From Phallusia mammillata (lineage: Eukaryota), in assembly GCA_965637545.1 (NCBI GenBank), contig OZ281496.1, positions 13,082,001 to 13,146,000 of the forward strand: a stretch of 64,000 bases of DNA, given 5' to 3'. The notes under the pieces are model-generated. The model had not been told where the DNA came from and did no database searches. It saw only the letters and a program-made list of their open reading frames with translations. The translations under genes were made by a program, and so were the position numbers. How positions within the stretch are numbered: the first letter of the stretch is position 1; each line of letters opens with the position of its first letter. Of the stretch, positions 50,847-62,165 are shown piece after piece.

Positions 50847-52124
50847 CCCATAATCAATTTCTTGCATTGCAATGAAATGATAAACTGCATTTCTTATGCA
50901 GGACACTGGCAATGGCTGATCATCAAATATAACTTTTAAACTTCTTTCTTCAGCCACATGATTCTGAATAAAAGAGAAATACAATCAATTCATGTTAGAC
51001 AATTGAAGTTATTGCTATAAATATTATGAAAAGTTGTCTTACAAAGGGTTGGATTTCAAATCCAGTAACCCAACACAAATATGACTGTTAAAAATAACCA
51101 CAGTTGCTACTAGGAAATGTATTTTTGACACCTTTATTCCTTTGATAAGATGTGAAACAAGTTTAATAGTTATCAGAGTATCATTGTTGAAGTTGTGCAG
51201 ACCAGATGTAAACTCTTGAAATCTTACATCCAAGTTACATTTACTGCACTTTTTTTGAAGAATCGGGACACCTAACAAGCAAACAACAACAATTTAGTGC
51301 TGAGCAATTTTAACGAAGAAAAGCCCTTACCTCGCCAAATACTTTCCACTCCATATATTGTACACAATTTTTTCATCTCATTTGTCAACACATTGCCACA
51401 TGCTGGACAATTTGTTTCACTTGGAGTAAGAATTTTAGTTGGTTTTGTTTCATTGCATTCAAGACTTGTGGGTAATGTCTCGGGTATACATTTTTTCGTC
51501 ATAAAATATTCCATCAAAAATTTATCATTGGTAGTTAGTTCAAAAGACTGAAATCTACATAAAAGTCCAATGTTGGCCAAAAATAATTTATATTTTTTAA
51601 ATTAAAATAAAGAATTCTTGACTATAAAATGGCTTCACCTTTTGATTCTGTACTCACAGATTTACTACAAAACTGATGCAAACTTTTTACATCTGCCATA
51701 CAATACAAGAAAATTAACCTCAAGCATTTTTTCTGTAGTCAAGGAAAAGCACACTGCACCCTACAATCAAACCTGGTCTTATTTTCTGCAAACATTTCCA
51801 CTTGATATTGACACATATACCACTTGCAGATTGCTTCAAGCACACAAGATCTGTTGCTGCCTGACATTGGACATGACCAGTTATGAGTAAATGTATCATA
51901 GGTAACTCTTAAACGCTTCAGCCTTGAAAAATACTTCTCCTTTCCAGTAAAAACCGAATAATACAGAGTTCTTGCACTGTATCCAAGTTCCTCGAAGTCC
52001 CCAAAAACAATCAGTGGGCATTTATACTCTATGCTGGTGTTAAACATTTCCATGCATCTTTCCTTCGTTTCTGCTGAAATGATTTGCTTTGAAACAAGAT
52101 CTTGCAAAAAATGTTCATCTAAAG

Positions 52125-52903
52125 CAGGGGTCTTCAACCTTTTTGGCTCAATCGCCCCCTTATTAAGGAATTGTCTCCAAATCGCCCCCCTATGAGATTG
52201 TTATTTGTACAAAAGTTCTGCTTTTTGAGCAGACGTGGGCGGTTAGATTCATCCAGCAACACGAAAGCTTCAGTTAACAGCTAAAACTTAATTTAATTGC
52301 TACAACACGCAAGGTCCATTTTACCACAATTCTTCTAACTAACGCATCCAAGATTTGTTAAAATTCATTACATCATAGACAAAACAATGTTACGATTATG
52401 CGCAAATAATCGCCTTTTTTGTTGAAAACAGTGGTCCATTACTCTGTAGAGGAGAATCCTAAATGATACAAATACTTCGCAGTTAAGGAAGCGGTTGTAA
52501 GAAGTGTGAAAGCGAAACAAGTTTGAGGTAAAGCTCATTACCGTTGTATTAAAAAAGTATGGCCCGTCACCATACATAGCCTCAATAAAGTGTCCCGTGT
52601 GGCAAATTAAATGCCCAACCTTGCTCTCGGGATCACAAAACGTACAAACAATCACCAGTAAACACAACGTATTCAAATAGCAGCATGTTTAAGCTGATGC
52701 GTCCCTTATCACTGGTGTTTGTTTGCAACACGAATTATATCTGCTTGTAAGTTAAAGTTAGCTGAGTCTCACAGTTCTTGTACATATTTATACAATCAGT
52801 AATGTTGAAATCGCCCCCCTTTGTAGTAAAATCGCCCCCTAACTTCCAAAATTGTCACCATCGCCCCTTCGGTAGACGTAATCGCCCCCGTTGAATAACC
52901 CTG
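52125..52903. mobile_element. hAT MITE inserted in a Zisupton exon
   Basis: CAGGGGTCTTCAAC / GTTGAATAACCCTG; TSD ATCTAAAG; removal restores EIKALD-EHFLQDLVSK in frame. Confidence 0.9.
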
Positions 52904-54113
52904 ATCTAAAGCTTTTATCTCTGGAACATGTGCATTTTTTACCGCTTCAAGATGCTCACATTCTTTTCCAGGGTTTATCTTGCCAGCGGCTTTCATCATA
53001 TCAATGCAATCAATTTCTGTGCATAAAATCTTTTGCTTTTTTAGACTTTTTTGTACATGGATTAGTCCATGCTTAATCTTAGAAACAAAAAAAAACCCTT
53101 CATCACAATCCAGACAAATCGCTGGAAAAAGGTTTACGCCTTGCAGATGTTGCTGCTGAACATGTATTCTCAGGCTTGAAACTGTACTGAATTGCTTCTT
53201 ACAGTGTGGGCAAGACAATTGATTGACTGGGGCTGAAAAAATGTATTTATTTGTGATAAACTTTTGGCATTTAATGTTCATAGTTTTATTCTTCACATAA
53301 ATTATTCATTTATTAGCCATGCATCTATTATATTAGAAGGACAAAAGACCTTGAATTTGAAGAGGTCATATTTTACATACCATTCTGAACAGATTTTTCA
53401 GGTTCAGTATTCGCATTGATTTTCGCCTCCTGATTGCCACATTTTTCTGAAGTTGACAACAATTTTAGACAAAGCTTAACACCAAAGTTAAGTTTTGATC
53501 ATATTGTAATGTTTCATTCCTTGTAATTTAAATTCTTTCATACTTTGGTACAGAAGTTAAAATACAAAAACTAAAAGAAATAAAATGTGATTTACTTTAT
53601 TGGTGGGTTATTTTAGTCATTATCAAGATAACAAGTTGCAAAATGCATTACAATTTGACAGCCATACTTACGTAAGTGTGCTTTTAGGCCACTACTCCGT
53701 GTCAATATTCTTTTGCAAAAAGGGCAGTGAAAGTGTGAGCGAAATTTTGTATTGTTGGAGGTTTGGGGTAAGCATAGCCTTCTGCATGGTACGGAAATAA
53801 CTGAAAAACAATGGTTACATACATGTTAATTCCAAAATCTTTTGTAATATAGCTGGCACAGAAAAGAAATTAAAAGTAACATCAATTATTACATTGTCAA
53901 TATGCTAGTTGCAATTATCAACCTACTTGTTTTTTCTTTTGTGGGACATTTAATGCTGTATGGGATGTGGTGAATTTTCAAATGTTCTGTGACTGTAGCA
54001 TTCTTCGGCCTTAAATCACCGGCTTGGCACAATGGACAGTAGGTGAGGCCTTCCACTTCTTCAAATAACTCATCAATATTTTCAACAAACATTGTTTTAC
54101 TACTGCTGTTTCT

Positions 54114-54276
54114 TAAACAATAATACTTACAAATGTCAATAATAACTGCCGTTTCCTAAACAATAGTACTGTACTTACAAATGTCAATACTAACTGCCGT
54201 TTCCTAAACAATAATACTTACAAATGTCAATACTAACTGCCGTTTCCTAAACAATAATACTTATAAATGTCAATAA
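54114..54276. repeat. 43-bp minisatellite (about 3.6 copies) in the Zisupton 5' region
   Basis: AAACAATAATACTTACAAATGTCAATACTAACTGCCGTTTCCT repeated. Confidence 0.85.
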
Positions 54277-55207
54277 ATATCTTGCAAGTAAGCAATTACA
54301 CCTACCGCTTATATCTAGCTAATCTAGCTATTTATTCTTGGTGACACTCAAAATCAGGGACACCCAAAATTAGGGACACCCAAATCCGCAGCGACTTTAG
54401 TGACAGCCTGTCCCTGATTTGGTGACATACAACGGGTGTCCGTGACACCTGTCCCAAACGTGACAGGTGTCCCAAAAATGTCACAACCCCTGTTGGCAAG
54501 CAGTGTGAAGCTGCTGGGACAAATCTTTGCTGATATCTTGTACCCTTCTCATAACTGTATTCCTTGATAGTGCAATATTCTCAAATTTATTCTGTGCTTC
54601 TGGACAAAGTATGCGTGCCGCATCCACAATGCAGTCTTTTACAAATTCTCCATCAGAAAAAGTTTTTTTGCTTTGTTCAATTTTGTAACTAATATAAAAA
54701 CTAGCTTCTGTTGCTGAAATGTGAATGGATTGTGTCTTTGAAAAAAGCGACTGTTGCTTTATTAGATTTTTCACCATTTCAGCAGCTTTCTTAACCTTTT
54801 GCTCTGTTGATAGTCCTTCACTGTATCCAGCATGTTTTGTATTATAGTGTCTTTTCAAATTATACTCTTTAAAAACTGATATTCCCTCATTACAAATTAA
54901 ACACGCTGCTTTCCCATTTACCGCAGTGAAAAAATATTGATATGTCCATTCCTCCTTAAAAACTCGGCATTCATCATCTACTTTTCTCTTTTTCGTTGGA
55001 GACATTTTAACTGATAAGGTAGAGAAAAAATAAAATTATTGCTGCTTCTGAGAAGAAAATCCACTGTGCGTATTGTCTCTTACATGCTAAGTAATATACT
55101 GAAAGTCGAAGCCGGAACAATTAACTTCCTGATTTCTTACAAAGTAGGCTAGTAGTCCAAAGGGATGTGAAAAAGAGCACATACAGGCTATGTTAGCTAC
55201 TTACGTC

Positions 55208-55690
55208 CAAAGTCTATATAAAACACAAGTTGTCCAACCTATTGTTACGCAAAAAAGCCTATGGAGCCATTTTGTGTCCAAAATGATACAGTGGGTAGAG
55301 GAAAATTACACATAAATTGTCTGATATTTACAAACTGTAGATCTTAAACGCGAATTAGATTCGCCATATTGAATGACATTTTCGGGTTCTAACATTTCAC
55401 CGTAATATTAAAAGCGTAATTGCTATTTTTTCATGTAAATTTTGCCGCTTATTTTTCATGTAAACTTAAAATATTTGCATTCAGCGTTCGTTAACACGCT
55501 CAAATGTTAGAACCCCAAAGCTTTATTCGATTTTGTCTATCAATTTCGCGTTAAAGTCCACTAGTTTGTAAAATTAAACAATTTATGTGTTTTCCGTATA
55601 CCTGATGTATTAATTTGGACACAAAATGGCGTCCATGGAGCTTTATCGCGTAACAATGGGTTGGACTACTTGTGTTTTACATATACTTTG
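55208..55690. mobile_element. P-element-like foldback MITE in the SPIN-like element
   Basis: About 120-bp imperfect TIRs starting CAAAG; TSD CTTACGTC at 55200-55207 and 55691-55698; a one-armed relative lies at ~17540-17660. Confidence 0.8.
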
Positions 55691-56217
55691 CTTACGTCAT
55701 GGTTGGCAGACTATTCTGAAAATAACGCTGCAAGAGCATTTATTCTAAAAATAACAACGCTTGCCACAAGCGACTGCTAGTAGCAGCCAGCGCTGTTGCA
55801 CTTCTTGTTCACAGTGGGCCGTAGTTTGGCCACCCCTGCCTTAGGGGGACAAAGAAGGTTAAGAATCGCTGCTCTATACGTAACAACAGCTATTACAGTT
55901 ACCAGTCAAATGAATAGCAGATCCCTTCCTCTTGTGCATTAAGTTACAGCAAATCATTTCAGAGTGGCGTAAAACCACGTGCATCCCGCACAAATGCTAC
56001 TGCATCTCACTGTAAAGCTCATCAAAATTAGTACGTTAGACTTTCGGTGCAACCTAAAGCCGTAAAATAATATGTACATGAAGTGGTACTGCGTACAAAA
56101 AAAACATTTAAACACGACATCAATTTAGATCTACATTCGTATGATTATGTTGTCAAAGCACTAAACAGGTAAAAGTAGATTTGTTGCTTGATGTTTGCTA
56201 ATATTTGGTCACCTTAC

Positions 56218-56308
56218 CACTGACGCCATGTCTGCACAACATGTATACTGGGAGACAATTCTAATTCTAGCATTGTTGTATTGTTTCCACAAAAAAAGAG
56301 TGGCTGGT
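56218..56308 (-). pseudogene. Candidate upstream exon of the methyltransferase gene
   Basis: Strong acceptor TTTATATTTCTCATTAG and donor GTAAGG; 91 nt open (PATLFLWKQY..CCADMASV), ends in phase 0, matching the phase-0 start at 40128; homology weak. Confidence 0.45.
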
Positions 56309-57059
56309 CTAATGAGAAATATAAATAATAAGTTAAAAATTAGTTATTTTTCTGTTGTGGCACCGGTCCATAAGTGTTTAAGATTGTGTATACACAAGAG
56401 AGGTCATGATGGCTGTCGTAGTTGTCTATCCAGTCGCCTCCAAGTGAAATCGCGGTCGAACAGTGGAAGATCGAACACCGATTTTCAATAACTTGGCAAT
56501 GAATGGCTTTCAAAGCAAACGTCAGTTTCGGGTTTGTCCTTCGCAGCACATCGAGGAAAGCTGTTTTCATGCTTCACGGTGCTGCCCGGGACAAGAGTAA
56601 TTAGGACCCTGGAGATATTTGAAGAGTTACATTGCGGCCCTGAACTGTCTCGAGTTGGTTCGTAAGGAGCCATGACATTTTTCATTTACGATTTACATGG
56701 CGTGATATGTGACATCGTGCCGCCAACAACAGTTTTTATTGACAATTTATGTTTTTTCCCGCTGTTTGGCGCTTCACGTACCGCAATTAAATTAGTGGAA
56801 AGGACGCGTCTAAATACTGTGAACGGTACGCGACCACCGTCGGGGTTAGTGTATCTAAATTTCCTGGGGTTAGAGTGGCAGATCTCCTGCCCTCGGAGGA
56901 GTTGTTTGGCGTGAACATTCACGTGTTTTCGTATGCGACAGTTCGGGTGTTAATCCTACACGCTCATGAGCCGCATTTTATTTGCATCAGGGATGTGAAC
57001 AAATTTGCTACTTATTGACCTTGCTGGTGATGTTGAAAGCGTATTTCGTCACAATTCAC

Positions 57060-58500
57060 ATTGAGATGGTACTGCCCTCTGGTTGTGACGAGTGAAGAAA
57101 CATCAGTAGGGCACAAGACATGCTGAAATGGAACACAGCAGACATCAGGTTGTTGTGGCCAATGGAAGAGCGGGAAGGGCCATTTGGGTGCACAAAATCA
57201 ACTGAAATATCTTCATTATTACTGTCAACATCCTTAACTACAGCAATGTACCATTTTTGATCAAACACAACACATTTGAATTGACCTTCTGTTACATGAA
57301 GTTGTGATGAAACATCTTGAGCACAAGACTGTACAGATTCCACTAGAGAAAATTGAATGTCACTGCTAATCCTTTTTATGCCCAGTTTGTTTGAGGCAAG
57401 TGGCTTAAAATAATGAAATCCACGGGTTCCTTTAATTGTGGATGCGTTCTTGAATCGAGCACTGAGACCTGTTCTTAATTCATCTAAAAGATCTTCTTTG
57501 AGTAGTTGAAGAAATGAGATAGTGGGAAGTTTTACTTTGCAGCGAGTCATCATTGCAGAAACGGTTGGTATTTGATTTTCTAATGGTCGTCTAAGGCTTT
57601 CCATTGCAGTTGATCTTTTTACATTGCCACCAATTCCGTCACAAGGGGATTTTCCGTGACTAGTGGCAAAAAAAGACCAATCTGCTTATACACCAAAATC
57701 AACTTTATGTTTGGACTGTAAAAAGACTTGCAATTCTTGTGCAGCACAGTCATCAGTAAAGTATTCTACATTATGTAAATTCTGAATTTTCGTTTCCAGT
57801 ATCTCAATGGTTTTCTTTTGAATCAAGTAGGCTACACCATCACAACATTATGTTGCAACTCTTCTGACAGAAAACATTTGCATTTTCTGCGAAATCCATT
57901 AGAATAATAGCTGAATTAGGGTCTGCAAGTTTTATAAGATCTTTATATGATTCTTCCATCTGTGCGCCATGCAACAAAAGCACCACATTTTGGTGTATTG
58001 TGCACACACACACACACACAGAGTGTGTTCCGGATGCGCCAGCGCTGACGCACCATTTAGGTTTAAGCGTACAAAATTTGGAAAATCCAATTTTTGTTTA
58101 TTGGTTTTATTCTTTGAATGATATAAGCTCTTGTCATGTGCACAGAAGAAACCTTTTTTGTTCATATTTATTTTTTTTGATGCTAACAGTCTGTCACTCC
58201 TGGCATTATTCTAGGATTTTCATTATTTTGGTAAAAGCATTTAACCTTACCGATTATATTTTCTGGAAGTGATTTTCCCTTCCGAGGTAATGGCAAGGAA
58301 CAGATCCCACTTGAAATTTCAAGCGTTCGAGCTTCTCTCTGACCATTCTTTCAGTAACAGAAAATTCATCAATAGTCTTTTCTCTTCACCAGTTGCTTGG
58401 TGCCATTGTGAGGGCTCTTTTAAAAATGGCCATTTGTCACAGTCGGACAAAAGCGAATGGCCAAAAAGCGCATTTCCATGACTTACACAACCAATAAAGC
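57060..58500 (-). pseudogene. DDE transposase remnant, tentatively Sola2-like
   Basis: EYFTDDCAAQ, WSFFATSHGKSPCDGIGGNVKR (57600-57770), IKGTRGFHYF, WYIAVV..FVHPNGPS; stops and deletions; family from recalled motif. Confidence 0.55.
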
Positions 58501-58589
58501 GGAACAACAAGTAATTAATATATAATTCGTTTACATTTGCTTAGGGTAACATCACAATCAACAATGTGGAGATTCCATTGATGATAGTC

Positions 58590-58835
58590 GGTGATGCTGC
58601 CTACCCTATGTTGCCATGGAATTTTGAAAAGAAAATTAGACGTACATCTTGATGAAATTCCATTGGTCATTGGAACATGTTGCATTCTTCACAACCTATG
58701 TGAGGAAACTCAAACACCAGTTCCACTTGACACTGAGAATGAAAATCAAGTGCGATCATCAACACTGTCTGATCCGCGTATTGACAGCCACATTCGTAAT
58801 GCTATTGCAGACCATATTTTTACCACTGTGTGATT
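58590..58835 (+). pseudogene. Deleted C-terminal fragment of another Harbinger transposase
   Basis: GDAAYPMLPW fused to ILKRKLDVHLDEIPLVIGTCCILHNLCE. Confidence 0.7.
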
Positions 58836-58919
58836 TTAATTTGTACTATTAAGCCTCTTTACATGGACAAATTAACCGAGTTAACTCGCTAAGTTAACCC
58901 GCATATTTTGACGCACGGT

Positions 58920-59946
58920 TTGCGTCGCTACGTGAAAAATGGAAAAATCTCAAAAAAGCATACAATAAAATCAAAGTAACTTTAAACACTTCTGGTGCTT
59001 CTAATAGAGGAACCCAGTGGGAGTTTTACACAAAAATGAACTCACTGTTTCAACACAGACCAACAGCAAAGGTTCATATTTTTTTATACATTACATTTTT
59101 GTTGCTGCAAGCTAAAGTTTAATTACATTGCAGTACCTTTACGGTACATTTTAATGTGGTGGATACTTTATTACAGTAATACTCGTGTATAGGCAGGCAA
59201 AGTCCAAATAAAAGAGGATTTTTTTAACTATTCAGGCAATGTGTAGCAGTGGGGTGGATTCACTTGCCGGACCAAGTAAAGATCCAGATGGTAAGACTTC
59301 AAGCTGATACACATTTATTGATGTATATTACCTTCTAAACATTACATGTAAATTCTACTGCATGAGTTAGGGATACTTGGTAACTCCGTTTAGTCTTATA
59401 CTTTCTTAATAAATGCAGATAATACAGTAGTTGAAGAAACAGGAATCGGCACACCTGAACCTGAAGGTATTGCTTAACAGTACATCTTGATTTTCAGTTA
59501 TTAAAATTTCCTATGTTTATTTTGCAGCAAGTAATGATACCCCTGCTGCAGAACCACAGACTTCACAGAGTGCAGGTAGCAGTTAAACACAAATCTTAAA
59601 ACTTAACTTTTAAACTCGGTTGTTTCTACTTTTAGATCCAGAGCCAAACTCCAGAACCAAACAGCCACCACGAAAAAAACGCCGTACAAATCGTGAGTGC
59701 ATTGTTATTTTTTTTTTTGCAAAACCTACACTATGTCAGTATTTGTATGTGTGTGTTCCAGAATCATCTGAAGATGCATCCTTCTCTACATTTGTGAAGG
59801 TTTACAATGACAATTGTGAAAAGGATCGCCAGTTAATGAGAGAAATAATGACCGAAATAAGAAGTGACTTCGCAAGTGGTGTGGCTGAACTTACTAAGTG
59901 TATGGTTGTTGAGGTACTCAGCGACTCAACTATAACTGAAGAATAA
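58920..59946 (+). pseudogene. Myb/SANT-like DNA-binding partner gene, 5' part missing, micro-exons
   Basis: EKWKNLKKAYNKIK..SG..WEFYTKMNSLFQHRP; 48-57-nt GT-AG micro-exons to TAA at 59946; begins about 55 bp after the TIR without the first Myb helices. Confidence 0.75.
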
Positions 59947-60001
59947 AATTCACAAAACAATGTATGTGTACAGCATTTTTTAACATAACAAAGCAGGTCA
60001 T

Positions 60002-61591
60002 TTAAAGGAAGCGGCTAGATTCACGCAATGGCAAAGATTTTACAACATGTGACAGCAAAGCATTTCTACATAGTACACCATCTTGGTCTGCAGCATCACA
60101 TGGACGACTAACTGGCTGCTGAGGCACAACAGTAGTGAATTGCAGTCGACCCACAGTATCAGCAATGGGCACATTTAAACCTTCACACATATTATGTAAT
60201 ATGCAGCAAGCCCCAATGATTTTAGGAGCAAAAGTTATATCACACTAAATTTTTCTTAAAATACGCCATCGTGCCTTTAGTTTTCCAAATGCATTTTCAA
60301 CTGCTATTCGTGCACTGCTGTGATAGCAGTTGAAAGATTCCTTTTCTGCTGAAAGATTTGAACCAATAAATGGCTTAATTAACCAGGACAGCAGTGGGTA
60401 TGCTGGATCACCAAGGATTAGTAATGGCACACGAAATCCCTCAATTACAATCGGGACCTTTGAACAAAAAAACAACATTTAAAACTCACTTTATCACTAA
60501 AACACCATGTGTATCAAATACCAACCTGTGGAAGCATATTGGAATTTTTAAATAATCCAGAGTTCTTGAAGACTGTAGCATCGTGGCAACTTCCTGGCAT
60601 TTTTACAGAAATGTTTCTGAAACTGAAAAAAAATCGAGTGACCTCATGTATACAAATAAAACATAACTTTGCTTACCGGTACATGTCATCCACAACACCC
60701 TGCAGAACCAAAGAATCCCAACCTTTTCTGTTAGTGTAATCCTTTTTTCCTTTAACTGGAGCAGTTACTGCTATGTGGCTACCATCAATACAGCCCATTA
60801 CCTAGGAACAAAGAGCAATTATATACACCTTGCAAATTTAAAACATATTTTCTCATACCTGAGGAAAGTGTGACTTTTCCTCGAATCTTCTGGCTATTTC
60901 TTGGGCCTCTTCATTGCCAGGCATAAATATGTGATTTGTTATCTGTTTTACGAGGGCATTACACAACCTGATACAAAAGCAAGTTTTTAGTTGTTTTAGA
61001 CAAGAATATAATTCTCAAAACTTACCGCAATAGACAGTTATGTACAGAAGCTTCACTAACTCCAAACAGTTCACCTATGGTTCTGTACTCAGCAGAGGAT
61101 GCAAGCTTGTATAAACCAATGGCAACACGTTTTTTTGTATCAATTGGTTGTCTAACAGCAAATTCGTCTGAAAAATACAAAAGTACTGAAAAAAAAACAA
61201 AAAAAAAAGAATTGTCAACTAACCAGGTTTCATTTCATTCCAGACCAACCCAACTAATCGTTCAAAGTCAGCTTTGCGCATTCTAAAATGTTTTATCCAC
61301 TGGGAATCATCAAAATTCCTGACAATTTTTTCCCAAAAATCTTGTGATCTGAAGCAATACAAAAATTTTAAACCTGAAACTTAAGATAAGTCGGCAGTGA
61401 AATGCATAGTACCTTGGTAACATCCAAATTCTTTTTAACTTTTTCTCTGTCTGATTAGATTTTGTTTTTGATAAAACTGCAAACAATACCCTTCTTGACC
61501 TTTGACGTTTTTGAAAATAAGAAAAAACTGAGTATACTTGCAGCAAGTATTTGCAACACAAGAGGTAAAATTGAGCCTTGTTTGTGTCCAT
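60002..61591 (-). pseudogene. HARBI1-like DDE transposase, 7 exons, 410 codons, one premature TAG
   Basis: Exons 61413-61591, 61224-61348, 61026-61167, 60859-60967, 60677-60801, 60526-60622, 60002-60457 splice in frame; GCIDGSH, GSCHDA, LGDPAYPL, VENAFG motifs; TAG at 60245-60247. Confidence 0.9.
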
Positions 61592-61979
61592 TTCTTATCA
61601 ATTGAAAACTCTAAATTCCTTTACCTTAATATCACAATACATCAAAACAATGCTTTGTAACAACCAAGTTTTAAAAATGTTTGTAAGATACAAATAAAAA
61701 ATCACACGAAGCCTGCACCAAACAAGCGGGTTACGAAAACGCGCCATGTAAATTGAGGTGCTTAGCGGGGTAGAACGGGGAACACCCGCGATAGATTTCT
61801 ATGCGGGCTAACGCGCATCGCTAACCCGATCATGTAAATAGGCTTATTGTTGTGTAATTATGCTATTTTGTGATGTGAATATATGTACCTATATTGTTTT
61901 GTACCTATGCCACTCTGTGATGTCAATATTTTTACAGATTTTGTTTTGTGCCTATGTCCACCCTTATATAAAACAATTG

Positions 61980-62165
61980 TTACATTTCCACGTTCAGTTA
62001 TGCATGATTAACTTGGCCCGCTATGACGTTACAAATAGCCATGTGCGTAACAGTAAAATTGGAAGGCCTTTGTCTGAATGTTGCAATGATTGGTTCATTT
62101 TACTGTACAACGTGGTCGAGTGAGTTGACTTTATTACTGCATTAGGTAAATTCGTTTGTGTTGCG
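61980..62165. mobile_element. Internal fragment of the 19144/36525 hAT MITE family
   Basis: Matches 36830-37030 (CATTTTACTGTACAACGTGGTCGAGTG..) without TIRs. Confidence 0.75.

Larger units (their letters stand above)
42367..54495 (-). mobile_element. Zisupton/KDZ-like DNA transposon (12.1 kb with nested inserts), multi-exon, degenerate
   Basis: 8-bp TSD GCAAGCAG at 42359-42366 and 54496-54503; imperfect ends ..GGGG(C/T)TGT(A/G)ACA with GGGACACC/TGTGACAGG subterminal repeats; exons encode C2H2 finger, SWIM-like, CxC clusters, FQCIKCGSHPGILIADGNWK, APWIG..NTEH, NTSVCEQ and Ulp1-like motifs. Confidence 0.8.
40865..55838 (-). mobile_element. SPIN/GTF2IRD2-like Buster hAT transposon, interrupted
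   Basis: TIR CAGGGGTGGCCAAACT both ends; TSD CCTTAGGG at 40857-40864 and 55839-55846; transposase split into 54496-55005 (KRKVDDECRVFKEEW..CLIC..NLKRHY) and 41107-42358 (FSLALDES, TTDGAP, FHCIIDQE, VRWLS, STYICEQTFS) with a stop at 41480 and a later frameshift. Confidence 0.92.
40164..55871. mobile_element. Outer non-autonomous hAT element (34161 family) split by a 15-kb insertion
   Basis: 40164-40864 aligns with 34225-34920; remainder 55847-55871 ends GGTTAAGAATCGCTG; left TIR missing. Confidence 0.85.
58851..61845. mobile_element. PIF/Harbinger transposon with convergent Myb/SANT-like and transposase genes
   Basis: TIR AAGCCT(C/A)TTTACATG, flanked by ATT on both sides (TTA/TAT if shifted one base). 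Confidence 0.9.

Noticed and set aside
42367-54495. Host gene HMGXB3 or a SENP gene
   Set aside because: Bounded by an 8-bp TSD inside another transposase ORF with subterminal repeats, which fits a mobile element.
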